NCBI GenBank assembly: GCA_965287045.1
Contig: OZ336878.1
Coordinates: forward strand, 26,350,001-26,414,000
From: Carcharhinus amblyrhynchos
Lineage: Eukaryota
Direction: 5' to 3'
DNA length: 64,000 nt
A program made the translations under genes and the position numbers. The notes under the pieces were generated by a model that searched no databases, was not told the DNA's origin, and saw only the letters and a program-made list of their open reading frames with translations. Positions 24,046-37,680 of the stretch are shown here, one piece after another (the stretch's first letter is position 1; every line of letters starts with the position of its first letter).

Positions 24046-27000
24046 ATGCATGCAGAAACTGTGAACGTGTTTAATAAACATCGATACAAACACATTAAAT
24101 ATTAATTGTATCAGATGTATGCCCATGGCAAATATTTATAATGTCTGCACATATGTAGATAGATGTTGAATGATCCAGGATAACTACATAGATGTATGGG
24201 ACTTCAGAATGGCCAACAGACAATCACAAAATCAGGAATGTTTGTCACGGTGCTGGGGACATAAAGCAATGGACAGGTGTGTTATCAAAATATAGCGTTG
24301 GGTAGAAAGCAAACAGAAGGAAGACGTGCCACGAAGTAACGGTGATGAGTGTGCACAGGGTCTGAAAAGAGTAATTGGAAGAGAAATAATGATAAGGAAG
24401 GTAGAGATTTCCTAAGGAGTGCATCAACTCTGTGCTGTATCGTCTGAGCATGGCCATATATATATATATATATGATCAGCAAATAAGGGCGGGGGGTGGG
24501 GGAATCAACCTGGTGTCAGAGAGGATGATGAATGAACCGCACTGCAGTCGAAAGCTATTTCCACTTCTATTAGGTCCCGAGCCAAATGGGGATCAGGATG
24601 CATATTTTAAGGAATATCTAATAAATCTTGCCAAACTCGCCCCTACGGCAATGATCCCGATGCAGAGGTGACTGCTGAATGCTGGCCTACTTTGTAGCAA
24701 AGTAAATGTTTAGAAATCGCCTCTGTCGAAGTAATCAACATTCCTGGGCGCTGCTGTAAATCTCATTTCAATGAATTTTTTAAACTGTTTAGCAAGTGTC
24801 CATAAATAATTAGCTCTGTCTCAATGTACAGAGACTTAAGGAACAAAAATGAACCCGTGTAAATGGTAAATCCCAGCGTTCGGAAATTCATTCGAACGGA
24901 AGAGCAATTCTATAAATCATGATTTTAAATCTTAGGCGTGTGGCTTGCACTCGTCCGATATGTAATCAAGGCCCATTTGGTTGTGTTTAATAATTAACAA
25001 CAATTAAGAAATAATTATTTTTTGCACGACATTTTAATATTACAACTGAGTCTAATTGCTTTCAGTTTCACTTGCAGCGACTATCCTATACTCTTTAGCG
25101 CACTTTGACAGCGAGAAAACATCTCAATTAACTATAATTAGTACATTTGAATATGGTCTGCCCTAAAGCTACGCCCAAAAAAGATTTAATTATCACAACG
25201 TAATTATTTAAACTAAAGTTGCCAATATTCCAATTATAAGTGCAAAGACCCTGGAATGCATACCAACCGTTTAAATGTATTTGCAGGTTTGGATAAGGTG
25301 CCTTTATTCCATTATGTTCTGTAGTAAATTATTAATAAGCACTCTAATTAATTTGTTAATAGTATAAGGAATTTATATTGTTTATGCAAATAATTCAAGT
25401 AAATACAAACATGTTAACAAAAAAAATCTTCTAATCGCTTACACACAGGACTTCAGAGAAGGAAAATACATTTCTATCAAATGATTTCATATACATATTC
25501 TGTTGTGAACCGAAAAATAAACATTTAAACGTATCGCAATGGTTCATTTGGTTTCTAAAAAAAGTCGAATGTTTTATCTAAAGGAAGTAATATATATTTC
25601 TTCTCTCTTCACTGTCCTCTCTCGCCCCCTCACTCGCCATTTCCCCCTAGCTTGCTCTGATTTATGCAGTTCGATTAGGAGTGCTGTATATTTGGTTCCA
25701 GATCGGCGCTGTCGTTAGATTTGCCTTTGCAGATGTAGATGACAGTAATAAATATATAATCATGTCCCGCAGCAAGGAGCCCTTACGGCAGATCCGCCAC
25801 GCCAAACTTTTAACACTGTACAAACCAGGGAGATAATCGACTTTGGCAGCAAATGGAAACTTCCCTCTCTCTCTCTTCTAGTCTGTCATGAAAACACTTG
25901 GAAATGCACAGACATGCAACCCCAGTTCAATAATTCTATTGTTTGTCACAATTGTGCGGAGATGAAGCGATCCCAATACCACTTGCATATCCCAAGTGTC
26001 TCATTTTAAAACCTGGGAGGGAGGACAAACATATATCTTGCAGACTGCAGTGGTGGTGGTGGTGGTGGTGATCAACATTTAAAATATATTTAACAAGTAT
26101 TTATTATTTGATTTCATAAGTGTGCTCGGTCTAACTATTTTCCTATTAATGTCGGTTCTGAACTCTATATTTCATCCTGGGTGTTTGAAGATTATCTGCC
26201 CATGTGTTGGGTTGCTTCCCAGGCTGATAAGTATTAATGAACTTTAAGATTGTGCCCTTCTTGCACTGAAGGCGCTCAGCGCCTGCCCGCTACTCCCCCC
26301 CCCCCCCCCCCCCCCCAAACAACTTCCTCCACGGGCAATTTGTGTATCAGTTAATTCCCGAGACAGCAGTTGTCAGAACAATACCTATACACGTTAACTA
26401 GTATAAACCTTTATCGTCTTTTTTTAAATCATCTCTCTTCCCCCCACACGCCCCCCCGCCCCTCCCCATAGTCGGTCCCGTCTCTATCAATCACTCTCTA
26501 TCTTTCTATTTCCTTCTATTACAACGGGAGGACAAGTGTATTGATAATATACACTCTGAAGTGTGTTAACTTCGTACAACTCTTAACTCCGCGCTATTTG
26601 TTTTTGAGAACTGTTTATTTTTTAAGTATCTGTCGTAAAATTGCATTTGAAACAAAGTGTGAACAACTTCCTAATATTATTCGCACCTAAAATCTGCGGG
26701 ACGTGTTTTGAGACGCTGCAACAATCCATCAGTGTTATCACTGCTATTCGGCATTTCCGTGTCCCAGATAGTAAATTTACTCATTTTCCCAATCCTTGGG
26801 GAGACACATGGAAGGCGTCCATTTATATGCAGATTTAACTGAATCAATAAACGGCAGTTTAAAGCACAACTAGACACAACATAATGTCGAAGGGCGTTTT
26901 ATATGAGCGTCTGAATTGATACACGCGTTTCCATATTAAATAAAGGCATGAACATCCCGTGCATCGATACGGAATAAATATAGAGAAAAGCAGCTTGATA

Positions 27001-28920
27001 TATGGGGCCTGTGCATGAGGAATACATGAAGGAGATTACTGGTGGACGGGTAGAATGAATCAATATCAATGGGGGAGATGGAGATATCCTTCAGTAATTA
27101 TGCAATTAAAGTTTGAGTTTAACCGGATTTATGTCTCTTAACACGAAACAAATCGCCTGATTAAATTCGACAAAAAACGCATCAGTCACACTACATTAAA
27201 GAGGATGGAGATAATTATACCAATTACCTCTTTGTAATCGCCTGGTTCATAATTAATGGCTTTCCCCCTCCCCAACAGATAGTTTGATAATAATACATAA
27301 CACTGTTGCTGAGGCACTTTCTCGCCCTACAGGTCACGTTCCATTTAGAAGGGGAAAGGGACAAGGGACTGAATTAGGACACGCGGGGAAAGTTTTTTGC
27401 CGCGTCCATGAGTATCAGCTGAAACTATTAGCTGCAAGAACTGAGATTCCTAGCGATCACTTTATCTTCCTGTGCTCCTCAGACCAGGGTTCGCTGTGGC
27501 GTCCCTGCTTCTTTCCAAGCAAAGGGACAGGAGACAATGACGGGTGGTTAAACAGGCTCATTTATCGAGCCCATAGGGGGACCAGCCTGGAATTCTCCCG
27601 CACCTTTTTTTTGGAGATCTGGGGATTGGACGGGCTCGCCATCACAGGGCATTAATGCACTTGCTGGTCTCCTGATATTTTGATGCACTTTGCAGTGACG
27701 CTAATGTGACAGTATTAACACAGCCTGACACAACAGCGATAGGGTAAACCCAGCAATGACGCGGTCCCAGTGGGCGCTGCCTGTAAATTAGGCCACTTAT
27801 TCGGTGCAGACTACATGGGGTAAAGTTGGAGGGGACCTGAGAACGCAAAGACAAAAATGGCTAAAAGTAGAAACGCAAGTTGACAAGACCATAAATAACG
27901 TAAACAACGCAGCAGCGTTCTACAGGGATGGAATATCCAAACGAGGAGCTAATGTTAAATTCACACAGAACTTTATTCCAGCCAGACAAGTGTATGCAGT
28001 TTCATAAATAAGAAAAAATTCACAAAGCTCATTGCAGAAAAAATTTGAAAGGATGAGGGTTAAAATGTTGAAGGGCGCTGATAGAAGTATTTTTTTAAAA
28101 AAACAAAATAAACAAAAGGATGAACACGGGGAAACTATTTTGTGGTTACTTGTGCTTGAACCCAGAACAAGTGGGTAGACATAAAAGCGGATGTTGGAAT
28201 CTGAAAATGCTGGAAAATCTCAGCAGCTCTGTGGAGAGAGAATAGAGCCAACGTTTCCAGTCCAGATGACCCTTCGCCAGAGCTCAATTGCTGCTACAGA
28301 TCAAATGCGGAATATGGGAAGAATCTCTTTACACGGAGTGGTAAACATGTGCGACTCGCCGCTCCGTGAAATGGTTCAAGCAGCTGGTATTAAAGGGAAG
28401 CTTGGCGGATACATGAGGTAGAAGGGAATGGAGAGATGGGAGCACAGTGTGGGAACAGGTAAATTAGAATGGGAGAAGACTGGTGTGGAGTATTAAGGCT
28501 GGCATTGTTAATTTGGGCTGGATGGTCTGCTTTGTGCTGTAAATTCTATATATAAAGTAGAGCCAGGTTTACAACGGTACAGCATGGAATCCGCGATCGG
28601 CATTCCTTTCAGATGTGGCTCCCTGCTGGCAGTTGGTGAATTGATTCTATAATGTCAGATTATACTGGATCCTGCTACTATACTGAGTCCATAATTGGGC
28701 ACATGCCCCTATGGTTAGCTACATATATCAGACCTATTGAACTTGCGTCAGTTTGTAACTACATAATATGATTCGATACCTATCCCTAATAAATTGAAAC
28801 ATCCCGACCGAATATAAACCCTTCAGTGATCTATAATCAGACAGGTTACCATGATAATAACCATTGTAGTTAACCTGGAAAAATACCTTGAATGTAATGA
28901 GTTAACTGTTATTTTCCTTT

Positions 28921-29120
28921 ATTCTTTTATGGGATGTGGGCATCATGAGCAAGGCCAGAATTTGTTGCCCATCCCTAATTGCCCTTGAACTGAACGGCTT
29001 ATTAGACAATTGAAGATGGCAGTAAGAGTCATGGCCATGGATTTGGAGTCACAAGGGTATTAGTGAACTAAATGGGTTTTTATAACAACTGGTGATAGGC
29101 ATCATAGTTGATAGTCCAGA
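28921..29120 (-). mobile_element. SINE-B tail half (head remnant at ~29995-30048, split by CR1)
   Basis: tttgttgcccatccctaattgcccttgaactg is the reverse SINE-B tail. Confidence 0.75.
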
Positions 29121-29121
29121 T

Positions 29122-29990
29122 TTAGAACAAAGAAATGTACAGCACAGGAACTGGCCCTTTAGCCTTCAAGTCTGTGCCGATCATGATGCCCTAACTAAAT
29201 TGAAAAAAATTTTCTGCCTTTACTCGGTCCATATCCCTCTATTCCCTCCCTATTCATGTATCCATCCAGACGCCTCTTCAATGTTGCTAATGTGCCTGCT
29301 TCCACCACCTCCCCTGGCAGTGCATTCCAGGTACCCACCACTCTGAATGAAAAACTTCCCCCATACATCTCTCTTAAACTTTCCTTCTTTCACCTTGAAT
29401 CTGTGCCCCCTTGTAATTGACACTTCCACTCCAGGAAAAAGCCTCTGACTGTCCACCCTGTCTATGCCTCTCACAATTTTGCAGGCCTCTATCAGGTTTC
29501 CCCTCAGTCTCCATCTTTCCAGTGAAAATAATTCTAGTTTATTCAACCTCTCCTCACAGTCAATGCCCTCGAGACCAGGCAACATCCTGGTGAACCTTTT
29601 TGGCACTATCTTCAAAGCTTCCACATCCATCTGGTAGTGTGGTGACCAGAACTGCATGCTGTATTCTAAATGTGGCCTAACCAAGGTTTTATATAGCTGC
29701 AACATGATTTCCCAACTCTTGTACTCATTGCCCTGGCTGGTGAAGGTAAGCATGCCGTATGCCTTCTTAACCACCTGTGTTTCCAATTTTAGGGAACTGT
29801 GGGACTGCATAGACTCCTCTGTATCTTAATGTTCCTAAGAGTTCTGCCATCTACAGTATTATTCACTCCTAACTTTGATCCTCCAAAATGCATCATCTCG
29901 CATTTGTCTGGATTAAACTCCATTTGCCATTTCTGTGCACAAGTCTCCAATCTATCCTCTGACAACCCCTGGCACTATCAACAACTCCAC
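29122..29990 (-). mobile_element. CR1 LINE 3' fragment (RT C-terminus + tail)
   Basis: ORF 29250-29810: LYKTLVRPHLEYSMQFWSPHY..KRFTRMLPGL..LERWRLRGNLIE..TRGHRFK, the CR1 signature. Confidence 0.95.
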
Positions 29991-31440
29991 CAATTTTTAT
30001 TTATTAACTGAATTTAAATTCCATTGGCTGCCAAGGATTTGAACCCAGCAAGCATGGAGAGAGAACAGAGCTAATGTTTTGAGTTTGGATGACTCTTTGT
30101 CAGAGCTGGGATGAAGTTGAGCTCTTATACTCTCTTCCTCACCCTCTATTTCCCCCACCATCCCCATCATAATTCAATAAGTTGCAGGCTTTCACTTTCC
30201 ACAGCTACTCGCAAGAAGTAACTGTAAAGATAAGGTATAGTAGGACAGCTGGTATCCATAACTTGATAACTTTCATTCACAATGTGGCATCTCCAGTAAA
30301 TGAGAGAAACAGATAAGCAAAAAATATAAAATCATACCTGTACCATTTTTGGAAATGGCAAACAATGCAACATTGTTCTACTTTATCACGCCACTTTCTA
30401 ATCAGGGAATCCTATGATTGGTAAATGGACCTGGAACTGCCGATGAGATGTTTAAAAATACAAGTATTGCAGCTATTCTGCCACTTTCCAATGATGCAAG
30501 CTAGCTTACAAAGGTGTAAAAATGATAATAGGACATAGGCATTAACTTGGCACACTGATTCTTGAGTGTATTAGGGCAAATCCCCTTCCTGTCAGGGTTT
30601 CACATTTATTTTAAAATATGCAAGCAGCAATATATTTCCAGCTGGAATGAATTCAGCTATGCAGCAGAATGTTGGATGGTGCCAGAAATACTAGAACAAC
30701 ATTAAAGATAGTTCCCTCCTGTTGCTGAGAACAGAGTCCACTGTACTTCATGCAAAATCAGACAGACTGCCAATCTACCTTTGCAGGATATATGTATGAA
30801 TCACTAAATCGTCACATGTGCGTGCATTGTTATGACGTATAGGGACATTTTGGATAGCAGCTACTGCAATTAAAAATTGCAGCAGAGTTGAGTGGCAGTA
30901 TAGCTCTGATCTTTCTAACAAGTGTGCTATCAAGCCTGTAGCGATTTAAAACTAATAAATGCAATGGAACTGATTCCTTAAAGTTCAATGAACCACCAAT
31001 AAGATTTCAAAATCTGCACTGATTTTAATTCACTTGCAAGCAACTGGAATGGTCAGAGAACAACTCTTCTCAAACAACACTCAACAACATCAAACCGACA
31101 TAGTTATGTTACAATTGAACCATTTGTTTTACATCAGTTGGACATGTAAACCCACTCACCCCTACTCAAGATGTACAGTGCATCTGTTCCATTAGAAAAC
31201 TATTGAAGTGTTTTTCGTGGATAGTATTTTCTGAAATTGCAGCTCACTTTATCTTGTTCCTGTAATGTTTGAAAGAAGTTTATCCTGTAAGTGAGGTATG
31301 GCAGCTGCTATTGCTCTCAATTGTGGAAAGACTGTCCGAAAAGACTGGTGAGTGCTGTTCAGAGATTGCTTAGGAAAATATTCATAATTTTCAGGGATCA
31401 CTAATAAAACAACAAGGAAAATGAGTTAAAAGGCACTTAA

Positions 31441-31785
31441 TAGAACCACAGAATCTCTACAGTGCAGGAAGAGGTCATTCAGCCTTTCCAGTTTGCACTG
31501 ACTCTTCCACTCAGGCCCTCCTATCTAACCCTGTAATCCTTTACATTTGCCATGGCTAATAATCCACCTGACCTATGCATCTTTACACACTAATTTAGCA
31601 TGACTAATTCACCCAACCTGCATACCTTTGGACTGTGGGAAGAAACTGGAGCACCCACAGAAAACCCATGCAGAAACAGGGAGACTGTGTAAACTCCACA
31701 CAGACCGTCACCCAAGGCCAGAATCAAACCTGGGTCCCTGTCGCTGTGAAGCAGCATTGCTAAGCACTGTGCCACCATGCTGCCC
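31441..31785 (-). mobile_element. HE1/V-SINE-like tRNA-derived SINE
   Basis: Head GGGCAGCATGGTGGCACAGTGCTTAGCA.., conserved core, CR1-type tail. Confidence 0.9.
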
Positions 31786-34700
31786 ACCGATGTGAACTCA
31801 ATTTCAAAACTGAATCAACAACATCAGCAGTATGAACTTATCAGTTTGCTGACCACATTCCATTTAAAAAGGGCCAAAAAGAGATTCAGTCACAGGACAA
31901 GGAGACTTTAAAAAAGCACTTGATAGAAAGATTATAGAAATAGTTGATTTCTTATTTGTTCCTGTCAATCTAAATAATCCTCAGAGCAAATTGCATGAGA
32001 AGAGAAATGTAGGTAAAATAGGTCAGTCTAATGTTAGTCTATACTTTATTGTTTCATATACAATTAATACAGGGCTGTATTAATAAAGAAGCATGTAGAT
32101 GATAAAAATAGTCCATGCTGTGATATTTTGGTAATTTAACTGTTGCATGTTGTTGCCTATGCATGCGACAATAAAGTGATCTTGTTTCTTTGTTGGTAGC
32201 ATATCATTTGTCTATTATTTCCCATATTCAATGACCTCGGATATATCTTAAGGATATTGAAAAAGCAACGTATATATACTTCTGTTTATAAAGACACTCT
32301 TCTAAATCAGAATCAAGGCCCCACCTTACTATGGAATGAAATGGAATATGAAATCTTCTCTTCACATGCTCTAAGGTCAAACGAGGCTGGCTCCAGATTT
32401 ACGTTATGATGTTAGTATTGATGAAAGCAAAAAACAAAGCTCCTATGCCTCAATACTACAATTGCAGAATAAAGCCAGCCTATAATTGGGGAAAAGAGCA
32501 GTTTCAGATATACACTAACACATGCATTCTACTCAAGTGCCAGTGAAATGTTTATGGCCAGTAATGGCACTATTATAGTACAGGTATCACTTTGAGTTAT
32601 TCTATCTGCCTGCACCATTCTTCCACAAGTCAACAGTGTTCAAACATTAGTTCAAATTTTTATATTGAAGGAACAGCCAGCACTTTGTGAATATTGAGCT
32701 GCATGATAAAAGGTCAAAAGTTCTGAACTGTTCCTCCATAATAATGTAAGTTCATCTCTCCAAGTGAATTCAGCCACTTTATCAGAATTCAGTCTGATGA
32801 ATTTCATTATGCTGCACAGTTCACGTTAATGTGAAACTAAAAGTATGAATGTAAACTGTGAAATATAACTAACTCATAAAGAGGCAACTAATCTATTAAT
32901 TCTCTCCGAATAATTTGATCTCAAGGTAGTCTAATGGACTGGCAGAGCACCTGTTAAACTTTAAAATTGAGCTTAGAAAGCTGCTTTTGCGTTGGCTGCA
33001 GTACATGGAAACAAAAGTGATGTGATACTGCTTATAGTATATTTTATGAATGGGAATTCATAAACATGCGTCTGTGATTTCTCAATATGCTCTCCCAGCA
33101 GGAGAGGGTCTGTGCCAGGACTCCTCATTCACAAAATGCGTCCTTTTGTTTACAACCACTTTGTTGTGCTGGAAATAATATAAAATGATTGCCCTGTTTA
33201 CACACAGAGAAAAAACACCAAATCCTCAGGATACACAAGAAATGGATTTTTTCTGATTGTAACAGTTTTCTTTTCAAAGCTTTTTGTGCTCATTTCATGA
33301 GTTATCAGTGCCTTACAATTAAGCAGTTTCCATCTTGGCTAACCAACACCAACAGCAGGGAATCCCAGGTGAGGTTTAGCATGGTTACATGATCAATAAA
33401 TCGTGCTGCTTTTGGAACAGACATTTTTATTAACTCAGGGATGCAAAGTTTATATTAATGATATAAGGGAACAGTTCTCTGAATAATGTAACTTACAATT
33501 TCTACAGAATAATAGAGCACAAGAGGTAATTCAACTTAAAAGTTGGCCAATATGATTTGTCATTTCTTCATTTTGAATGTTGACTATTATTTTAAATAAA
33601 TGATCTTTATTCAAATATATATATATATTTGTGTGTGACCGCACCGTGGGACTGGTAAACACTACCAGGTTGCAGGGCAATTTACCTTTTTAAGGTGATG
33701 TATATGTGGCCAAATGGTACTTAAGTATGTCACATCTAAAGAAATTGTCATCAATAATTGCCTATGCTTTGATTGTTGTGTCCACAGCTGATGTTTGTAC
33801 TGCAGGTTTGCAAAATATTGCAAGGAATATGAAGTGTAAACCTCTTTTAAAAACATACAGCAAGCCTTTTCCTTCCCAATTCCACACTCCTCTTACTATT
33901 GTGTTTAGAAGCCGATTTAAACAGTGAATTTTTATTCTAAACAGCAAAACAAGCAATTTCATGTCTATTACTGACCTTACAATTCACAATGTCAATATTG
34001 AATTGAATTACCACTGTTACCAGAAAGTTAATGTCATGTGCCTGTCTTTTCTGTGATTTTTTTTTAATACCTTACGAAGTAACATAACTTTTAGCATAGC
34101 TTTGTACAATATTCAATGGTCAATGATGGTACTTCAATTCTGTGAATCTTTTGCTGACTCAAAATGGGGCAACAGGTTTTATGATTTTAATCAGTGTTGG
34201 ATTAGAAAATAATCGTGTCATATTCCTGCCATTTATTGGGATTTTTGGCAAACATTATGCAGAAAAGGAGCTGCACATATTCACTTCAGCACTTGACTCA
34301 ACTGATGGCTGCAATGCAGGTTCCAGGCAGAATCTTATTAATCTGATCAGCTTGAGCCCAGCTAGGACTTAGTGTCCTTAAGAGAGAACTCTGCACATGC
34401 CTGAATGCAACCGCACCAGAGCTGTCTCCCAAAAGTTAGACATTGAAATGCTGAGAGCATGGGGAAAGGGTAATGCCAGCTCTGTAAACATTTAAGTGAT
34501 TAAGTGAAGATTGACTAGGTTTACAAAGAGTCCATAGGGCACGACAGACCCACTGAGTACTTTGTAAACCAGGTTTGACACTGCACTGGATTTACACTCC
34601 ACACTGTGTCAAATCTTAAGCAATGTGAGGCAGCCCCTACAGGGAATCTCACTCTGCTTTATTCAGAGGCAGGTCAGGTCCTCACGCCAAACTTAAATTT

Positions 34701-35312
34701 CAAATTTTCTATTGATACAAAGCTGAAGTCCCTCTGCTCAGATGTCAAATCTGTAGCATAAATGTTCCTTAAAAACAATATGCATGATAACCTAGATAAC
34801 CTACACACTAATATGAAAATATTAAAAAATTCTAACTATTTAAATGCAAGTCTTTTTGACATTTGTATATTCATCAATCTCATCTTTTGTGTAACCACCT
34901 GTATTTTATCATAAGCATCTTTTGATAGTAGATTTTGTTCAAAGCCTTGTAAAAAAATGGAAATTCTGTGTGAGATATATTGAAGTTCTCCACTAATGAT
35001 GTATCCTAATTCCAATATACAGACCAAACATTACAGAAATAAAATAAGTCCATATATATTAGTGGATGCAACCTATCATCTGTTGACCAAAAATTTGTAT
35101 GAAGCATTGTAGGAGGACATTGCAGGAGGAGCCTTGTACAGAAGTTCAAAATTAGTTAAAGTTTGTTAATTTGTCACAAGTAGGCTTACATTAACACTGC
35201 AATGAAATTACTGTGAAAATCCCCTATTCGCCATGCCCCACATAAATTATCACTTGATCTAAGCATGATTCTTCATTTGGTTTTTCTCTTGCACTCAAGT
35301 TGAGACAGGTTT

Positions 35313-35613
35313 AAGTTTAGTTATTATTTATTAGTCACAAGTTGGCTTACATTAACACTATAGTGAAGTTACTGTGAAAATCCCCTAGTTGTTACTTCAG
35401 ATGCCTGTTCAGGTACACTGAGGAAGAATTAATTATGGTTAATCTATCTAATCAGCATGTCTTTAGGACTGTGGAAGGAAAGCAAAACACTGGAGGAAAC
35501 CCACGCAGACAACCTGCAAACTCCACATAGACAGTAACCTAAGCCAGGAATCAAACTTAGGTCCCTAGCACTGTGAGGCAGTAGTGCTAACTATTGTGCC
35601 ACCATGCTACCCC
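35313..35613 (-). mobile_element. HE1-like SINE, variant tail
   Basis: Same head and core as 31441-31785 but with tail ..cttgtgactaataaataa. Confidence 0.88.
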
Positions 35614-36204
35614 TTTTGTGACTGGGGAATTAAACTTCCTATTACAAGCATCCAGTATCAGCATCAAGTGCTCCCAGGTCTGTAACAAAACAGTTCGATA
35701 TCTACTCTATCCTATTAACATGTCTCAGTTCTAAAAGACCAATACTTAATAGAAAAATGTGATCATTCTGACTTTCATACAATAGCCTCTATTTCCTCTT
35801 GAAGTGAGTTTACCAATTAATGCCAGATTTAGGGAAAGTTTTGTATGCAAGCAATAGGAATTGACGTGAAACTACCTTAAATTTGATGGACACTGCAGAC
35901 GTCAGGCAAAAAGACATTTTACAGTCCTTGGTTTAATTTAGACTCAGCCCCATTTGATGTGATAAAATCTCAATGTCCAATCTTGATCACCCAGTTCTCT
36001 TCCATGATTCAAATGCAGGCAAAAATTCCAATGGGCAAACCCACCCTTCTATTTAATCTAATTACAGAAATCATGTTTAAAAAGCAGTAATTAAATCTAA
36101 AATTCTGATCAGTCATAAAATAATCCTTGGTGCAAAAATATAACTAATCCATTGCTAGGTTTCAGCCAGAGACCAGCTAGATATTCTATAATTCTTTTGT
36201 CTGA

Positions 36205-36635
36205 CTAGCGAAGGAGAGGGTGGATAGACTGGGACTTTTTCCTCTGGAGCATAGGAGACTAAGGGGTGATCTTATAGAGGTCTATAAAATAATGAGGGGC
36301 ATAGATCAGCTAGATAGTCAATATCTTTTCCCAAAGGTCTGGGAGTCATAGGTTTAATGTGAAAGGGGAGAGATACAAAAGACTCCAGAGGGGCAATTTT
36401 TTTCACACAGAGGGTGGTGAGTGTCTGAAACAAGCTGCCAGAGATAGTAGTAGAGGCAGGTACAATTTTGTCTTTTAAAAAGTGTTTAGACAGTTACATG
36501 GGTAAGATGGGTAAAGAGGGATATGGGCCAAATGCAGGCAATTGAGACTAGCCTAGACATTTAAAAAAAAGGACGGCATGAACAAGTTGGGTCAAAGGGT
36601 CTGTTTCCATGCTGTAAACCTCTATGACTCCATGA
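36205..36635 (+). mobile_element. CR1 LINE 3' end
   Basis: DRLGLFPLEHRRLRGDLIEVYKIMRGID followed by tail ..tttccatgctgtaaacctctatgactc. Confidence 0.92.
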
Positions 36636-37279
36636 TTACACTTCTATGAAGTATTTTGAGACATTATTATTATCCAACCCTATGGGTTGGTTAATATTTG
36701 ATTGCAAATCCTGTCTCTGATCGTAAATTGCCAAGTGTCTTGAGAGCATTTGTAGGTCTAAATTAAGTGCAGTTCTAAATGGGGATTAACATAGCAATAC
36801 AATGCTATAGTGCAGTTATACATTGAACTTTCATGTAAGAGCTGTTTGTATTGATTCAACTAAGGAAATTCAATCTTGAGACTCAATAATATCCTAATGG
36901 ACAATTGTATAGTATTCCAGCATTCCAATTGTATCTTGGAATGTTATGATATGATGCATGTTTCTAGATTTGATTGTTTTGGAGTGTTGTGTCACGAGAA
37001 ATTCAGATTTGTGCACTAATTATGGCAAGTGACAAGAGAAACCAAGACTAATGTCACAAAGGAATATAAAGCAAAGATTGGAGATAGATTACATGCCAAG
37101 CTTGAGTTTGAAAGACAACAAGAATTTGGAAGCCACAAAAAGTAAGGGGTTCCACTGTTTTATTGTCCTGAATGAACTATAATCAGAAGTGGGCTAAAGT
37201 GGAAGACTGTGGAATGAGACACAGTTTCAAATCAGTGAGGCTGTAATGAGAAAAAAAATATAAGGTTTTTAGAAGTTTA

Positions 37280-37680
37280 TTTATGGGCTGTGGGCATCAC
37301 TGGCTAGGCCAGCATTTATTGCCCATCCCAAGGTGGTGGTGAGCTGCCTTCTTGAGCTCTGCAGCCTCTGAGGTATAAGTATACCCACAGTGCTGTTAGC
37401 GAGGGAATTCCAGGATTTTGACACAGCAACAGTGAAGAAACAGTGATATACTTCCAAGTCAGAATGGTGAGTGATTTCGAGGTGAACCTCCAGGTGGTGC
37501 TGTTCCCGGGTATCTGCTGCCTATGTCCTTCTAGAGGGTAGTGTTCATGATTTGGAAGTTGCTGTCAAAGGAACCTTGCTGAGTTCCTGTAGTGCATCTT
37601 GTAGATAGTACAGATCGCTGTCACTGTTTGTCGATGGTGGAGGGATTGAATATTTGTGGATGGAGTAACAATCAAATGGA
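37280..37680 (-). mobile_element. LINE 3' end sharing the SINE-B tail
   Basis: Reverse ..aagaaggcagctcaccaccaccttgggatgggcaataaatgctggcc preceded by decayed coding-like sequence. Confidence 0.7.

Noticed and set aside
34518-34572. Hairpin GGTTTACAAAG..CTTTGTAAACC (miRNA-like?)
   Set aside because: Stem too short with poor internal pairing; more likely a MITE remnant.
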